In this document: one piece after another, positions 10,528-19,814 of the stretch
Position numbering within the stretch: position 1 is the first letter of the stretch
Layout of the letters: each line of letters begins with the position of its first letter
Assembly: GCA_025930495.1 (NCBI GenBank)
Contig: JAICOU010000001.1
Span: forward strand, 11,867 to 75,866
From: Nitrososphaeraceae archaeon
Lineage (GTDB): Archaea > Thermoproteota > Nitrososphaeria > Nitrososphaerales > Nitrosopumilaceae
Reading direction: 5' to 3'
Length of the DNA stretch: 64,000 nucleotides
Position numbers and translations under genes: made by a program
Notes under the pieces: generated by a model
What the model saw: the letters and a program-made list of their open reading frames with translations, nothing else
Databases searched by the model: none
Told to the model about the DNA's origin: nothing

Positions 10528-11484
10528 TTATGGACTGTTTGGATCAGTAGGATCTGTTCCATAGACACGTTCATCATAGTCACTTAATCCATCCCCATCA
10601 GTATCAATATTCAATGGGTTCGAACCAAATGTATTAACTTCAAATCCGTCACTTAGTGTATCTCCATCTGTATCAGCAATCAATGGTTCTGTTCCATGTA
10701 CGTTAACTTCGTCTCCGTCACTTAGTGTATCTCCATCTGTATCAGCAATCAATGGTTCTGTTCCATGTACGTTAACTTCGTCTCCGTCACTTAGTGTATC
10801 TCCATCTGTATCAGCAATCAATGGTTCTGTTCCATATCCTACAAGTTCGTCATAATCACTCAGCCCATCATTATCAGTATCACCACTCAATGGATTTGTT
10901 TGATGTATGGTTACTTCGTCATAATCACTTATGCCATCTCTATCAGTATCGTAAAAGAATGGATCTGTTCCATATCTAATTTCGTCTCCGTCACTTAGTC
11001 CATCATCATCAGAATCAGCATCTCTTGGATTAGTTCGGTATTGATCAATTTCGACAAAGTCATTTAATCCGTCTCCATCAGTGTCAGGATTATCTGGATC
11101 TGTTCCATATCCTATAGTTTCATCATAATCACTTAGTCCATCTCCATCAGTATCTAGCGTACAACCAGTTTCATCTACATATTGCCATGGTGGTGTATTT
11201 GGACATGCATCTATACCATCTAAAACCCCATCATTATCAGAATCAGAATTGCATGCTGCAGCGGTATTATCTGGAATACATGCATCATTTGGGGCAGAGT
11301 CATATCTGTCTAGTTTGCCGTCATTGTCTGCATCGCCACAACCTACAGCACTTTCGGCATTTGGATTTTTTGGCTTGCTGCATGCATTGTCTTTTTCACC
11401 ACTTGAAGGAATGGCCAATGCGGGAGTAACAATGCCAGATACCAGTATTAATGCAAATGTAAAAAGTACAAGGTTACTTGTCAT
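10528..11484 (-). CDS. Secreted acidic protein with thrombospondin type 3-like Ca-binding (DTDGDGLSD) repeats
   Basis: N-terminal signal peptide followed by many D-[TS]-D-x-D-G-L-S-D repeats with GT-[DEN]-P spacers. Confidence 0.8.
   Translation of the reverse strand: MTSNLVLFTFALILVSGIVTPALAIPSSGEKDNACSKPKNPNAESAVGCGDADNDGKLDRYDSAPNDACIPDNTAAACNSDSDNDGVLDGIDACPNTPPWQYVDETGCTLDTDGDGLSDYDETIGYGTDPDNPDTDGDGLNDFVEIDQYRTNPRDADSDDDGLSDGDEIRYGTDPFFYDTDRDGISDYDEVTIHQTNPLSGDTDNDGLSDYDELVGYGTEPLIADTDGDTLSDGDEVNVHGTEPLIADTDGDTLSDGDEVNVHGTEPLIADTDGDTLSDGFEVNTFGSNPLNIDTDGDGLSDYDERVYGTDPTDPNSP
10646..10835. repeat. Perfect 69-bp tandem repeat (about 2.75 copies) inside the TSP3-repeat gene
   Basis: Unit starts at 10646, 10715 and 10784 and encodes [23 protein letters not shown]. 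Confidence 0.92.
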
Positions 11485-11699
11485 TTAAAAAATATGAAAT
11501 TACAAAATAAATAAAGATGATCTTTTGCAAGGAATCAATATTACATATTTCAAAAGGGAGTTGATAGTAGTTCAAAGATTAAAACAATAATTTTAAAATC
11601 AAGACTGTTTCCTCGTTTAATAATGTCGTGGAACAGTGTTTTTTGCTAAAATTCAGTCAACCAATAAATCCTGAATATATTCAATCAAGTCGGTCTTAA

Positions 11700-14213
11700 T
11701 TGAAATTTTCATGTCCAAAATGCAAATCCAAATTAGAGATACAAAAAACATTCAACAAAAAAATGCACATATCGTGTGACAGTTGCGGTATTGAAGATCT
11801 GCTTGAGTTTTCAAAAAATATTGACGAGGTATTCCTAGAATTTCTTTCAAGATTTGATGAGGGGCTTGTTACAAAAAAAGGAATTTCAAAAGACCTGAAA
11901 GATGAAGGGATCATCAGGGACGAAAAAGAAATCAAAGATATGATTGGAAAAAGCAATCCAGATAAAATTACGGAATCAATTCTTTTCTCAAAAAAAGACT
12001 ATATCTCACAATACAAAGTTCTAAAAAATCCTGAGCCTAAAATGGGCAATAATGTGGAAGATTTGGGATTAGACGAACCAATAAGTGATTACTTGAAAGA
12101 CATTGGAATCAAACAGTTTTACAAATTTCAGGAGGAGTCAATTGAAGAAATATCATTTGGAGAAAATGTGGTAATTGAAGCACCTACAGCGTCAGGCAAG
12201 ACAGAGGCATTTTTGATTCCAGTGATTCAAAAAATAAAAAAAGAATCAAGTGATGTCAAAGGAGTATTTGCAGTATTTGTTTATCCAACCAAAGCTCTTT
12301 CACGGGATCAACATCCAAAAATCCTAAAGTTTGCAGAAAAAATCGGAGTAGGTGCACAAGTCTTTGATGGAGATACAAACCAGATGGAACGAAAAGAAAT
12401 TTTAGAGAATCCTCCACATATACTGATTACAAATTTTGATGTTTTACATTACCATCTTTGGCACCAAACAAAATTTGCATCATTGCTTTCAACGATAAAA
12501 GTTTTGGTCGTAGATGAAGCGCATGTGTACTCAGGAATTTTTGGATCTAATGTTCATTATATTATAAAAAGATTGAAACGAATTTGTAGTAACAAAATAC
12601 AATTTGTTGCAGCATCTGCAACTCTAGAAGATGCCAAAAACTTTTGTGAGCAATTATTTGGAGTAAAGATGAAGATCATTCACGGTTCTGGCAAAAAAGG
12701 ACAAACAGATTTTGTAATGTTATTTCCGTCACTTAGAACTCAACGTGCGTTAATGGTTGATTTGACAAAGAAAATGACTGAAAAAAATCACAAAACAATG
12801 GTATTCAACAACTCACATCTTAACTCAGAGCTTTTAGCAATACAGGCAAGAAAACAAAAAGTCAACATCAAAGTTCACAGGGCAGGTCTAATGGCAAATT
12901 ATAGAAAATCAGTAGAGCAGGAATTCAAAGACGATAAACTGCAGGCTATATCATGCACTCCTACACTTGAGCTTGGGATAGATGTGGGAAATGTGGACTG
13001 TGTGATTTCATCCACCATTCCTGTGAATAGATTAATTCAAAGAATTGGCAGGGCAGCAAGAAAAGGACAGCGAGGATACGCATTTTTGGCGCTTGGAAAT
13101 GATCCTATTTCACAGTACTACAAGAACCATCCTGAAGATTATTTTGAAGATGTTGAAAAAACATACATCGATCCAAAGAATCCATTTGTAGAAGAATTTC
13201 AGGTATTGGCAATGGCTTGTGACAAACCAATTTCCAAACACGAGTTAAAAGAACATGAGAAAGTAATAGAAGATCATCTAAAGAAAGGAACCCTGCTACT
13301 TTACAATAACAGAATAATACCAAATTTTGACAAAATTACTTCTTTGCTAAATGATTACAGCATAAGAGGGATTGGAAAGTCAATAGATATTTTCTTAAAT
13401 GAAAAGAAAGTCGGAGACAGAATTCTTCCAATTGCTCTAGAAGAACTTCACAAAGATGCAATTTACTTTCTTGCAGGAACTAGATACAAGGTAAAAGAAT
13501 TTGGATATCCTCAAAGAAATTTTGCAAGACTGGAGAGAATTTCCAGAGACTATCCATATTACACTAAAGCATTAACAGAAGAATGGCCAACAATTGAAAC
13601 TGTTTTTGAGAAGAGAAAAGCATACGGAGTAGAAATTGCATTTTGCAAACTACACATACAAAAGAAAGTCTATGGTTATGTCAACATTGAACTAGGACAA
13701 GAAATTACACAGGGGCAAAAAGTTTTACTTGACACCCCGTTAGAGTATGACTTTATCACAAAAGGAATTGTATTTCATGCACCAAGACCAATCAAAGAAA
13801 TCAAAAAAGCAGAAGATGAAGACTACACAGAGGCAAGTGGATATCATGCCACAGAACATGTTGTAATTGAAGGTAGCAACATGATAACAGGAGGCGTATC
13901 TCAAGATTTAGGTGGAATATCTCTGGGAACTTCGGGCTTAATTTTCATCTATGATGGGGCAATTGGAGGAAATGGTGCAAGTAAGGCACTATTTGATAGA
14001 TTTGAGAGGGCACTTGAGCGAAGCATGTTCATAGTAAAAGAATGCCCATGTCAAAATGAAGCAGGATGCCCACGTTGTACATTTTCATATAGATGTGGAA
14101 ACAACAACGAGTTCTTACACAAATATTCTGCATTAGAAATTCTTCAAAGGATTAATGACGGTGAAGAGACCAAACTAGTAGAACCTACTGAAGACGACAG
14201 ACCACTAGTGTAA
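11700..14213 (+). CDS. SF2 DEAD/DEAH helicase of the Hrq1/MrfA family with DUF1998 C-terminus and N-terminal Zn ribbon
   Basis: APTASGKT, DEAH, SAT, TLELGIDVG and QRIGRAAR motifs. C-terminal CPCQNEAGCPRC and N-terminal CPKC...CDSC. Confidence 0.88.
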   Translation: MKFSCPKCKSKLEIQKTFNKKMHISCDSCGIEDLLEFSKNIDEVFLEFLSRFDEGLVTKKGISKDLKDEGIIRDEKEIKDMIGKSNPDKITESILFSKKDYISQYKVLKNPEPKMGNNVEDLGLDEPISDYLKDIGIKQFYKFQEESIEEISFGENVVIEAPTASGKTEAFLIPVIQKIKKESSDVKGVFAVFVYPTKALSRDQHPKILKFAEKIGVGAQVFDGDTNQMERKEILENPPHILITNFDVLHYHLWHQTKFASLLSTIKVLVVDEAHVYSGIFGSNVHYIIKRLKRICSNKIQFVAASATLEDAKNFCEQLFGVKMKIIHGSGKKGQTDFVMLFPSLRTQRALMVDLTKKMTEKNHKTMVFNNSHLNSELLAIQARKQKVNIKVHRAGLMANYRKSVEQEFKDDKLQAISCTPTLELGIDVGNVDCVISSTIPVNRLIQRIGRAARKGQRGYAFLALGNDPISQYYKNHPEDYFEDVEKTYIDPKNPFVEEFQVLAMACDKPISKHELKEHEKVIEDHLKKGTLLLYNNRIIPNFDKITSLLNDYSIRGIGKSIDIFLNEKKVGDRILPIALEELHKDAIYFLAGTRYKVKEFGYPQRNFARLERISRDYPYYTKALTEEWPTIETVFEKRKAYGVEIAFCKLHIQKKVYGYVNIELGQEITQGQKVLLDTPLEYDFITKGIVFHAPRPIKEIKKAEDEDYTEASGYHATEHVVIEGSNMITGGVSQDLGGISLGTSGLIFIYDGAIGGNGASKALFDRFERALERSMFIVKECPCQNEAGCPRCTFSYRCGNNNEFLHKYSALEILQRINDGEETKLVEPTEDDRPLV

Positions 14214-14253
14214 AATCAAAATGGGATAAATATAACAAATCTCCATCAATCAT

Positions 14254-15084
14254 ATGGAAAAAGTTGCCATTGTAACAGGAAGTTCATCGGGAATAGGTTA
14301 TGAAACTTCGCTGGCACTTGCAAGAGAGGGATTTTACACATTTGCCACAGTTAGAAATTCCAAAAAAGCAGAGAAAATACTACAAATTGCAAAAAAAGAA
14401 AATTTGAATATAGAAATTATTGAGTTGGATGTAGATGATGAAAAATCCATCAGCGTAGCTATTGAAAAAATTATTTCAAAAAAACAACGCATTGATGTTT
14501 TAGTAAATAATGCAGGTTGGGGGTTGTTTGGCAGTGTTGAAGATGTATCAATGAAAGATTTCAGAGCACAGTTTGAAACTAACTTTTTTGGAATAATTAG
14601 TATCATTCAAAAAGTTGCACCAGTTATGAGAAAACAAGGTTCCGGTGTAATTGTAAATGTCAGCTCAGTTGCTGGAAGAATCGGTTTTCCAGGATCACCG
14701 GCATATATTAGCTCAAAATTTGCATTAGAGGGGTTATCTGAATCATTAAGATATGAATTAGGACAGTTTGGAGTAAAAACCATCATTATAGAGCCAGGAG
14801 TTATCAAGACAAACTTTTTCTCATCTATGAAGATTGCAGAGCCAAAACCAGATTCACCATACAAAGAAATTACTGAAAAGGTAATCATGGGGATAAAGAT
14901 GATGGCAGAGTTGGGAACTCATCCATCAGAAGTAGCCACGACAATTTTAAATGCAATCAAAGAAGAAAACCCAAGACCAAGATACATTGTAGGAAATGAT
15001 GCACAGATGTTTTTAGAAGCAAAAAAGACAAAAACAGATGCCGAATTTGAGAACTATCTCAAAAAAGAACTATTTTCAAGTTAA
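14254..15084 (+). CDS. Short-chain dehydrogenase/reductase
   Basis: TGSSSGIG, NNAG and YISSK (YxxxK) motifs. Confidence 0.9.
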   Translation: MEKVAIVTGSSSGIGYETSLALAREGFYTFATVRNSKKAEKILQIAKKENLNIEIIELDVDDEKSISVAIEKIISKKQRIDVLVNNAGWGLFGSVEDVSMKDFRAQFETNFFGIISIIQKVAPVMRKQGSGVIVNVSSVAGRIGFPGSPAYISSKFALEGLSESLRYELGQFGVKTIIIEPGVIKTNFFSSMKIAEPKPDSPYKEITEKVIMGIKMMAELGTHPSEVATTILNAIKEENPRPRYIVGNDAQMFLEAKKTKTDAEFENYLKKELFSS

Positions 15085-15160
15085 AAACAATGACTACGTT
15101 AAATTGATATACACAGAAAATAGAGTTTTTGTCAAAGTCCGCAATTTTAGATGATGAAAA

Positions 15161-16828
15161 ATGAAATGGAAAACACTACAACATAATGGAATCTTGTTTC
15201 CACCTGCTTACGAAGCACATGGAATTAAGATAAAGATCAAAGGAGAGAGTGTAGATCTTAATCTGAATCAGGAGGAGATGATATACCAATGGGCAAAAAA
15301 GAAAGACACCCCGTATTCCCAAGACAAAGTTTTTCAGAAAAATTTTACAGAAGATTTTGCCAAAACACTACCATCAAAATTTAAGAATATGTCATATCAA
15401 GATATTGATTTTTCACACGCTTACAAAATAGTCGACAAAGAAAAAGATCTCAGAGAGATGATGACAAAAGAGGAGAAAAAAGCATTAGCTGTTAAACGAA
15501 AAGAATTACGAGAAAAACTTGTACAAAAATACGGCAAAGCCATCATGGATGGAAAAGAAGTGGATGTCGCAAATTACATGGCAGAACCACCAGGAATTTT
15601 TATTGGAAGAGGAGATCATCCGCTTAGAGGAAGATGGAAGCCTCGTGTAACGGTAAAAGATGTTACACTAAATCTAGGAGAAGAGGCCAAAATCCCAGAA
15701 GGAAACTGGGGCAAAATTGTTCATGAGCATGATTCAATGTGGCTAGCTGGTTGGACAGATTACCTTACTGAAAAAAGAAAGTATGTGTGGCTTGCAGACA
15801 CTGCAGGACTAAAACAAGATAGAGACAAAGCAAAATACGAAAAAGCAGTCAATCTATCAAAAGAGATTGATAAAATAAAAGACAGAATAGTAAAAGATAT
15901 GAAAAATAAAGATCCGAAAATCAGCAGAATCGCAACTGTATGTTATTTGATTTATAGAACTGCAATGAGGGTTGGAGATGAAAAAGATCCTGATGAGGCA
16001 GATACAGTTGGTGCAACTACATTAAGAAAAGAACACATCAACATTACAGACAATACTATAGAATTTGATTTCTTGGGAAAAGACAGTGTAAGATGGCAAG
16101 AAACAGTCAAGGCAGAAGGCAATGACAAGCAATTCCAAGAGAACCTCAAGAGACTAATCCAAAATAAAAAACCAAAAGACGAGATTTTTGAAGATATCAC
16201 ATCAAGGCATGTAAATGCATATTATTCTAGTATAGTAAATGGATTAACTGCCAAAGTTTTCAGAACTTATCTTGCAACTACAGTGGTGAAAAATTATCTC
16301 AAAGAACACGACAATATGAAAGGAAAAACACCTAATGAAAAAATATATCATGCAAAATTGGCAAATTTGGAAGCAGCAATAAGGTGCAATCATAAAAGAA
16401 CCATACCAAAAACATTTGAGGAATCACTTGAAAATAAAAGGGAGACACTAAAAAACATCAACAAAGAGCAACCTTGGAAAAAAACTCTAGAGGTATTAAA
16501 AAAAGCAGAGTCATTAGAAGATAAAACAGATGTGCAAAAAAAGAATAAGATAAAAAAAATTAAAGCCCTGAATGAGCAAATCAAAAAACAAAAAGAAAAA
16601 CATAAAGAAAGAACCGAAAAATTACAGCTACAAATTGACTTGTCTGAGAAAACCAAAGATTACAACCTTGGAACATCATTGCGAAATTACATAGATCCGC
16701 GTATCTTCAAAGCATGGACTAGTGAAGTAGGTGCAGAGTGGGAGAAACTATACACTGCTGCACTACAGAAAAAATTCCTTTGGGTGCAAAACGAAAAAGT
16801 GAGCTGGTCAGAGTTGACCAAAGATTAA
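15161..16828 (+). CDS. top1B: DNA topoisomerase IB (eukaryote-like)
   Basis: WKTLQHNG, EPPGIFIGRGDHP.RG, RVGDEKD, DTVG..TLR, FDFLGKDS, TAKVFRTY, CNH and SLRNYIDPR (catalytic Tyr). Confidence 0.95.
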   Translation: MKWKTLQHNGILFPPAYEAHGIKIKIKGESVDLNLNQEEMIYQWAKKKDTPYSQDKVFQKNFTEDFAKTLPSKFKNMSYQDIDFSHAYKIVDKEKDLREMMTKEEKKALAVKRKELREKLVQKYGKAIMDGKEVDVANYMAEPPGIFIGRGDHPLRGRWKPRVTVKDVTLNLGEEAKIPEGNWGKIVHEHDSMWLAGWTDYLTEKRKYVWLADTAGLKQDRDKAKYEKAVNLSKEIDKIKDRIVKDMKNKDPKISRIATVCYLIYRTAMRVGDEKDPDEADTVGATTLRKEHINITDNTIEFDFLGKDSVRWQETVKAEGNDKQFQENLKRLIQNKKPKDEIFEDITSRHVNAYYSSIVNGLTAKVFRTYLATTVVKNYLKEHDNMKGKTPNEKIYHAKLANLEAAIRCNHKRTIPKTFEESLENKRETLKNINKEQPWKKTLEVLKKAESLEDKTDVQKKNKIKKIKALNEQIKKQKEKHKERTEKLQLQIDLSEKTKDYNLGTSLRNYIDPRIFKAWTSEVGAEWEKLYTAALQKKFLWVQNEKVSWSELTKD

Positions 16829-16908
16829 AAATTCATGTAAAAATGATCAGAATCATTCAAATCTACATACGTAGCATTTAATTTCTCAAATTATCTGAAA
16901 TACATTAT

Positions 16909-17023
16909 GCCGGGGTAGCTCAGCCTGGTTAGAGTGCCAGTTAATTGGTAAACTCTACCGGTTCTTCCAAAAAAGGCAATACTCATAATCTGGAGGTCGT
17001 GGGTTCGAAACCCATCCCCGGCA
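16909..17023 (+). tRNA. tRNA-Met(CAT), elongator-type, with a 40-nt intron (16941-16980) at position 30/31
   Basis: The exons join to GCCGGGGTAGCTCAGCCTGGTTAGAGTGCCAG/ACTCATAATCTGGAGGTCGTGGGTTCGAAACCCATCCCCGGCA, a full cloverleaf with anticodon stem CCAGA/TCTGG. BHB central helix is TGCC/GGCA. Confidence 0.92.
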
Positions 17024-17071
17024 TACATAAAATACACATTACCTTATTTTTCAAAAATCTAATGCAACAAA

Positions 17072-17248
17072 CTAATTTCCAATACACCACATACACGAAG
17101 AAAAATTCATAGATTTTGCATTTTCCAAAGTATCTGGAGTAAAGTATTGTCTGTCTTGTAATTTCATTTCTACAATCTTGCATTCTTTTTTCATGTTGGC
17201 TAAATGATGCACAAGGGTGGTTTGTTTGTCACCTAAAAAACCAGCCAT
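17072..17248 (-). CDS. Small metal-binding protein resembling the Ada-type Zn module
   Basis: MAGFLGDKQTTLVHHL....ECKI...QYF..DTLENAKSMNFSSCMWC. The likely start is ATG at 17248; the track extends it to 17257. Confidence 0.55.
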   Translation of the reverse strand: MAGFLGDKQTTLVHHLANMKKECKIVEMKLQDRQYFTPDTLENAKSMNFSSCMWCIGN

Positions 17249-17249
17249 A

Positions 17250-17357
17250 CTAATCAATTATCTTTTTCAAATGTGTCTTTTCATGAACAAGCACATTCTC
17301 AAAGGTATCCATCCATCCTTCCCAATGAAAAGTACAGTCCTTGCAATTATACTTCAT
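17250..17357 (-). CDS. 35-aa C2H2 zinc-finger microprotein
   Basis: Manual translation MKYNCKDCTFHWEGWMDTFENVLVHEKTHLKKIID* (CxxC...HxxxH). It is tightly packed between two other small ORFs. Confidence 0.6.
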   Translation of the reverse strand: MKYNCKDCTFHWEGWMDTFENVLVHEKTHLKKIID

Positions 17358-17358
17358 T

Positions 17359-17469
17359 TTATTTTTTTTCCTGCTCAAGTTTCTTTTTTTCAGATTCTTT
17401 GAATGCGTTTACATCATCAGATGTCTTTTTTTGATTTCGTTGCAATTTTGCAAATAGTTTTTTTAACAT
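17359..17469 (-). CDS. Putative 36-aa Lys-rich microprotein
   Basis: Manual translation MLKKLFAKLQRNQKKTSDDVNAFKESEKKKLEQEKK*. A TATA-like TTATAT lies about 25 nt upstream, and the stop is 1 nt before the next ATG. Confidence 0.45.
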   Translation of the reverse strand: MLKKLFAKLQRNQKKTSDDVNAFKESEKKKLEQEKK

Positions 17470-17651
17470 ACTTAATTAAGTCGTAACTAGGATATAAGGC
17501 AAGAATTTTCATGATCCGAGTTTTCAAACGTAGCTGAGTAGTTAATTCAGTCCTTCCTAACAGATATGCAAACTCACACCACTACGTTACTTGTATTACC
17601 GCTACACTGCTTATAGAGATTACACATTTTACCTAACAATACTGGCCATAA

Positions 17652-18521
17652 TCACTTTTTTGCAATTATCAAATCCACTTTATAGTTTAAAGTTGTACGT
17701 GGATTTAGTTTTAGATTCCAGGTCAGATAAGAAGGCTTTTTTGTCTTTACAGCAATAGCAAACCCCAACTCTTCTAGACTTGCTCTTAATGCTAATTCAT
17801 CAAGGGGGGTTTTGACGGAATTTTTGCCTCTATCAAAATCATAAGGGTCAGATATTACAAAGTTACCTTGAAGTTGTTTGGAAATATGTTGCAGTAAATC
17901 TTTGGGTTCTACTAATTCTAAAATATTTAATGCTAAAATCAAATCAAATTTGGTTTTACCAAAAACATCAGACATCAAATCAGCAACAAAATAATCTAAA
18001 TTGTCTTTTTGTGTTTTTTTTGCAATACTAATTGCACTAAAAGATCTATCAATCCCAAATACATTTTGATTGGAATCTGCAAGAAAACTACCCAAAATTC
18101 CAATAGAACAACCACATTCTAAAACAAGTTTTGATTTTGGTATAGCACCTAATTTATTTTTAATTATAGAATAAAATTTAGATTTTTGACTATTCTGATA
18201 AATTTTACTCCATCTTTCTTCAAGTGTTGTTCTATCATCAGTATTTCGTTTAGAATTAGACAGTAAATGTTTAAGAAATTTCTTCATTTTGTCATGAGAT
18301 ACAGAATTGTATAATTTTCCTCCCAACATTATACGTTCAGAAATATATTTTGAGAAATCATCCCAAATGATCGGAATTTTTTGAATTATTGGAAAATACA
18401 GTGCACATTTTTTGCATTCTAAAATTCCTTCTTCAATCTCTGTTTCTTTTTTAAATACATCAAGTTCTAATTTAGAACCACATCTAACACATCTTAGAAA
18501 ATTTAGACTGAATTCATGCAT
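17652..18521 (-). CDS. SAM methyltransferase with N-terminal Trm112-like Zn ribbon
   Basis: FLRCVRC...ILECKKC..YFPI..KIP (Trm112-like), then VLECGCSIG and DLILALNILE. Confidence 0.72.
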   Translation of the reverse strand: MHEFSLNFLRCVRCGSKLELDVFKKETEIEEGILECKKCALYFPIIQKIPIIWDDFSKYISERIMLGGKLYNSVSHDKMKKFLKHLLSNSKRNTDDRTTLEERWSKIYQNSQKSKFYSIIKNKLGAIPKSKLVLECGCSIGILGSFLADSNQNVFGIDRSFSAISIAKKTQKDNLDYFVADLMSDVFGKTKFDLILALNILELVEPKDLLQHISKQLQGNFVISDPYDFDRGKNSVKTPLDELALRASLEELGFAIAVKTKKPSYLTWNLKLNPRTTLNYKVDLIIAKK

Positions 18522-18596
18522 TTTTGTATATCAGACTAATCAATTTGGAACTAATAATTTTAGATCTTAAAGAAGAATAATGTTAAATGTAGTATT

Positions 18597-19811
18597 TTGA
18601 CGATTTTATGCGAATTGGGAGAATTTGAAGAATTTGCAGAGGCGTTATTTGGGCAATTGGCTGTAGAAATCAATGAAGAAAAAGAGATTGCCAAGCTGGC
18701 AGACAGAGCAAAAGATGATCTTTCATTTAAAGTGAAATTTGAGGTATTGGAAAAAATAGCTCAAGAGGTTTTCCCAATATTAAAGAAAAAAGTTGAGGAA
18801 TTTTTAGGAGTTAAAATCTCAGATGACTTGAAGATAGAGTTTCCAGATCTTATAGAATTAAAAAAATTAAAAGGTGAAAAAGTATTTTCAGATGAGAAAT
18901 CAAAAGAATACGTAAGAGAGTTATTTGATGCAGTTGCAAATGAAGATCAAAAGAAAATAGCAGAACTAATGAAAAGAAACACTGCAAAATATCTTGTATA
19001 TTCAACATATGCCATTCAGTACATCTCAAAGATTTCAACTACTTATGGAGATTATTTGGATTCTGTAATTTATCTAAACAAGTTTGTGCTTTCCAGATAT
19101 CCCCAAATCATTTTGCACAAACAAGGAGAACCATATGAATCGAGATTTGCAAATGTCAATTCAGGTTATCTAGGAGCAGTAAAGATGACTATTTTAGAAG
19201 AACAGATCCATTCGACACAAGAAAAATTACAGCAATTAAACAAAAATGCAGCGACACAAGTCAACTTGATTAACGAAGAACTGGCAGGAATAATTCTAGA
19301 ATTAGACAATCAAACAGTGAATAACCTTTCAGAATATCTACAGCTTCAAGCTGTTCCAGATGACTTTCCATTTGCAAAAAAAGCAAATCTGTTTTTCTTC
19401 TTAAATCCAGATCATTTCTTAATTGAGCAAATCGGTCCAGATGTAATGACTTTCACACATGTGGAAATAGATCCTAAAATTTTAGCTGCAATTCCACAGT
19501 TATTAGATATTTACAAAAAATGGCTAATTCCAATTCAACAGCATCATGCAGCTTTTACAATAATGGAGGGAATGGCAGGATTTACCATAGAAAACATACT
19601 AAAAGACGATAAAGATTTTCAAAATTACCTAGCCACCTTTATGGGCACGGATTTCTCATCATATCAGGTTAGAAAAAACATGGGAAGAGACTTTACAAAA
19701 AACATCTATGAGAAATTAGGGAAAAATGCATTCAGAAAATTAATGGAAATTCCACCTAATACAAGAGAAATAAAAGAGCCACAATTATACCTGAATAGGA
19801 TAAAACAATAA
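18597..19811 (+). CDS. Conserved hypothetical protein, zincin/DUF2342-like
   Basis: EEQIHSTQ (HExxH-like), IMEGMAGF, and C-terminal G..F...IYEKLG..AF..L...PP..REI..P..YL.RI. Confidence 0.5.
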   Translation: MTILCELGEFEEFAEALFGQLAVEINEEKEIAKLADRAKDDLSFKVKFEVLEKIAQEVFPILKKKVEEFLGVKISDDLKIEFPDLIELKKLKGEKVFSDEKSKEYVRELFDAVANEDQKKIAELMKRNTAKYLVYSTYAIQYISKISTTYGDYLDSVIYLNKFVLSRYPQIILHKQGEPYESRFANVNSGYLGAVKMTILEEQIHSTQEKLQQLNKNAATQVNLINEELAGIILELDNQTVNNLSEYLQLQAVPDDFPFAKKANLFFFLNPDHFLIEQIGPDVMTFTHVEIDPKILAAIPQLLDIYKKWLIPIQQHHAAFTIMEGMAGFTIENILKDDKDFQNYLATFMGTDFSSYQVRKNMGRDFTKNIYEKLGKNAFRKLMEIPPNTREIKEPQLYLNRIKQ

Positions 19812-19814
19812 CAA

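Noticed and set aside
10646-10835. Possible CRISPR array
   Set aside because: The copies are contiguous with no unique spacers, are in frame within a CDS, and no cas genes are present.
8553-14213. Possible DISARM-like system (DNA methyltransferase near a DUF1998 helicase)
   Set aside because: The genes are divergent and separated by unrelated surface genes. There is no PLD nuclease or SNF2 partner, and the helicase is a single-chain Hrq1/MrfA-type repair enzyme.
16983-17183. 66-aa minus-strand ORF
   Set aside because: It overlaps the tRNA-Met 3' exon antisense and the small Ada-like gene in another frame.
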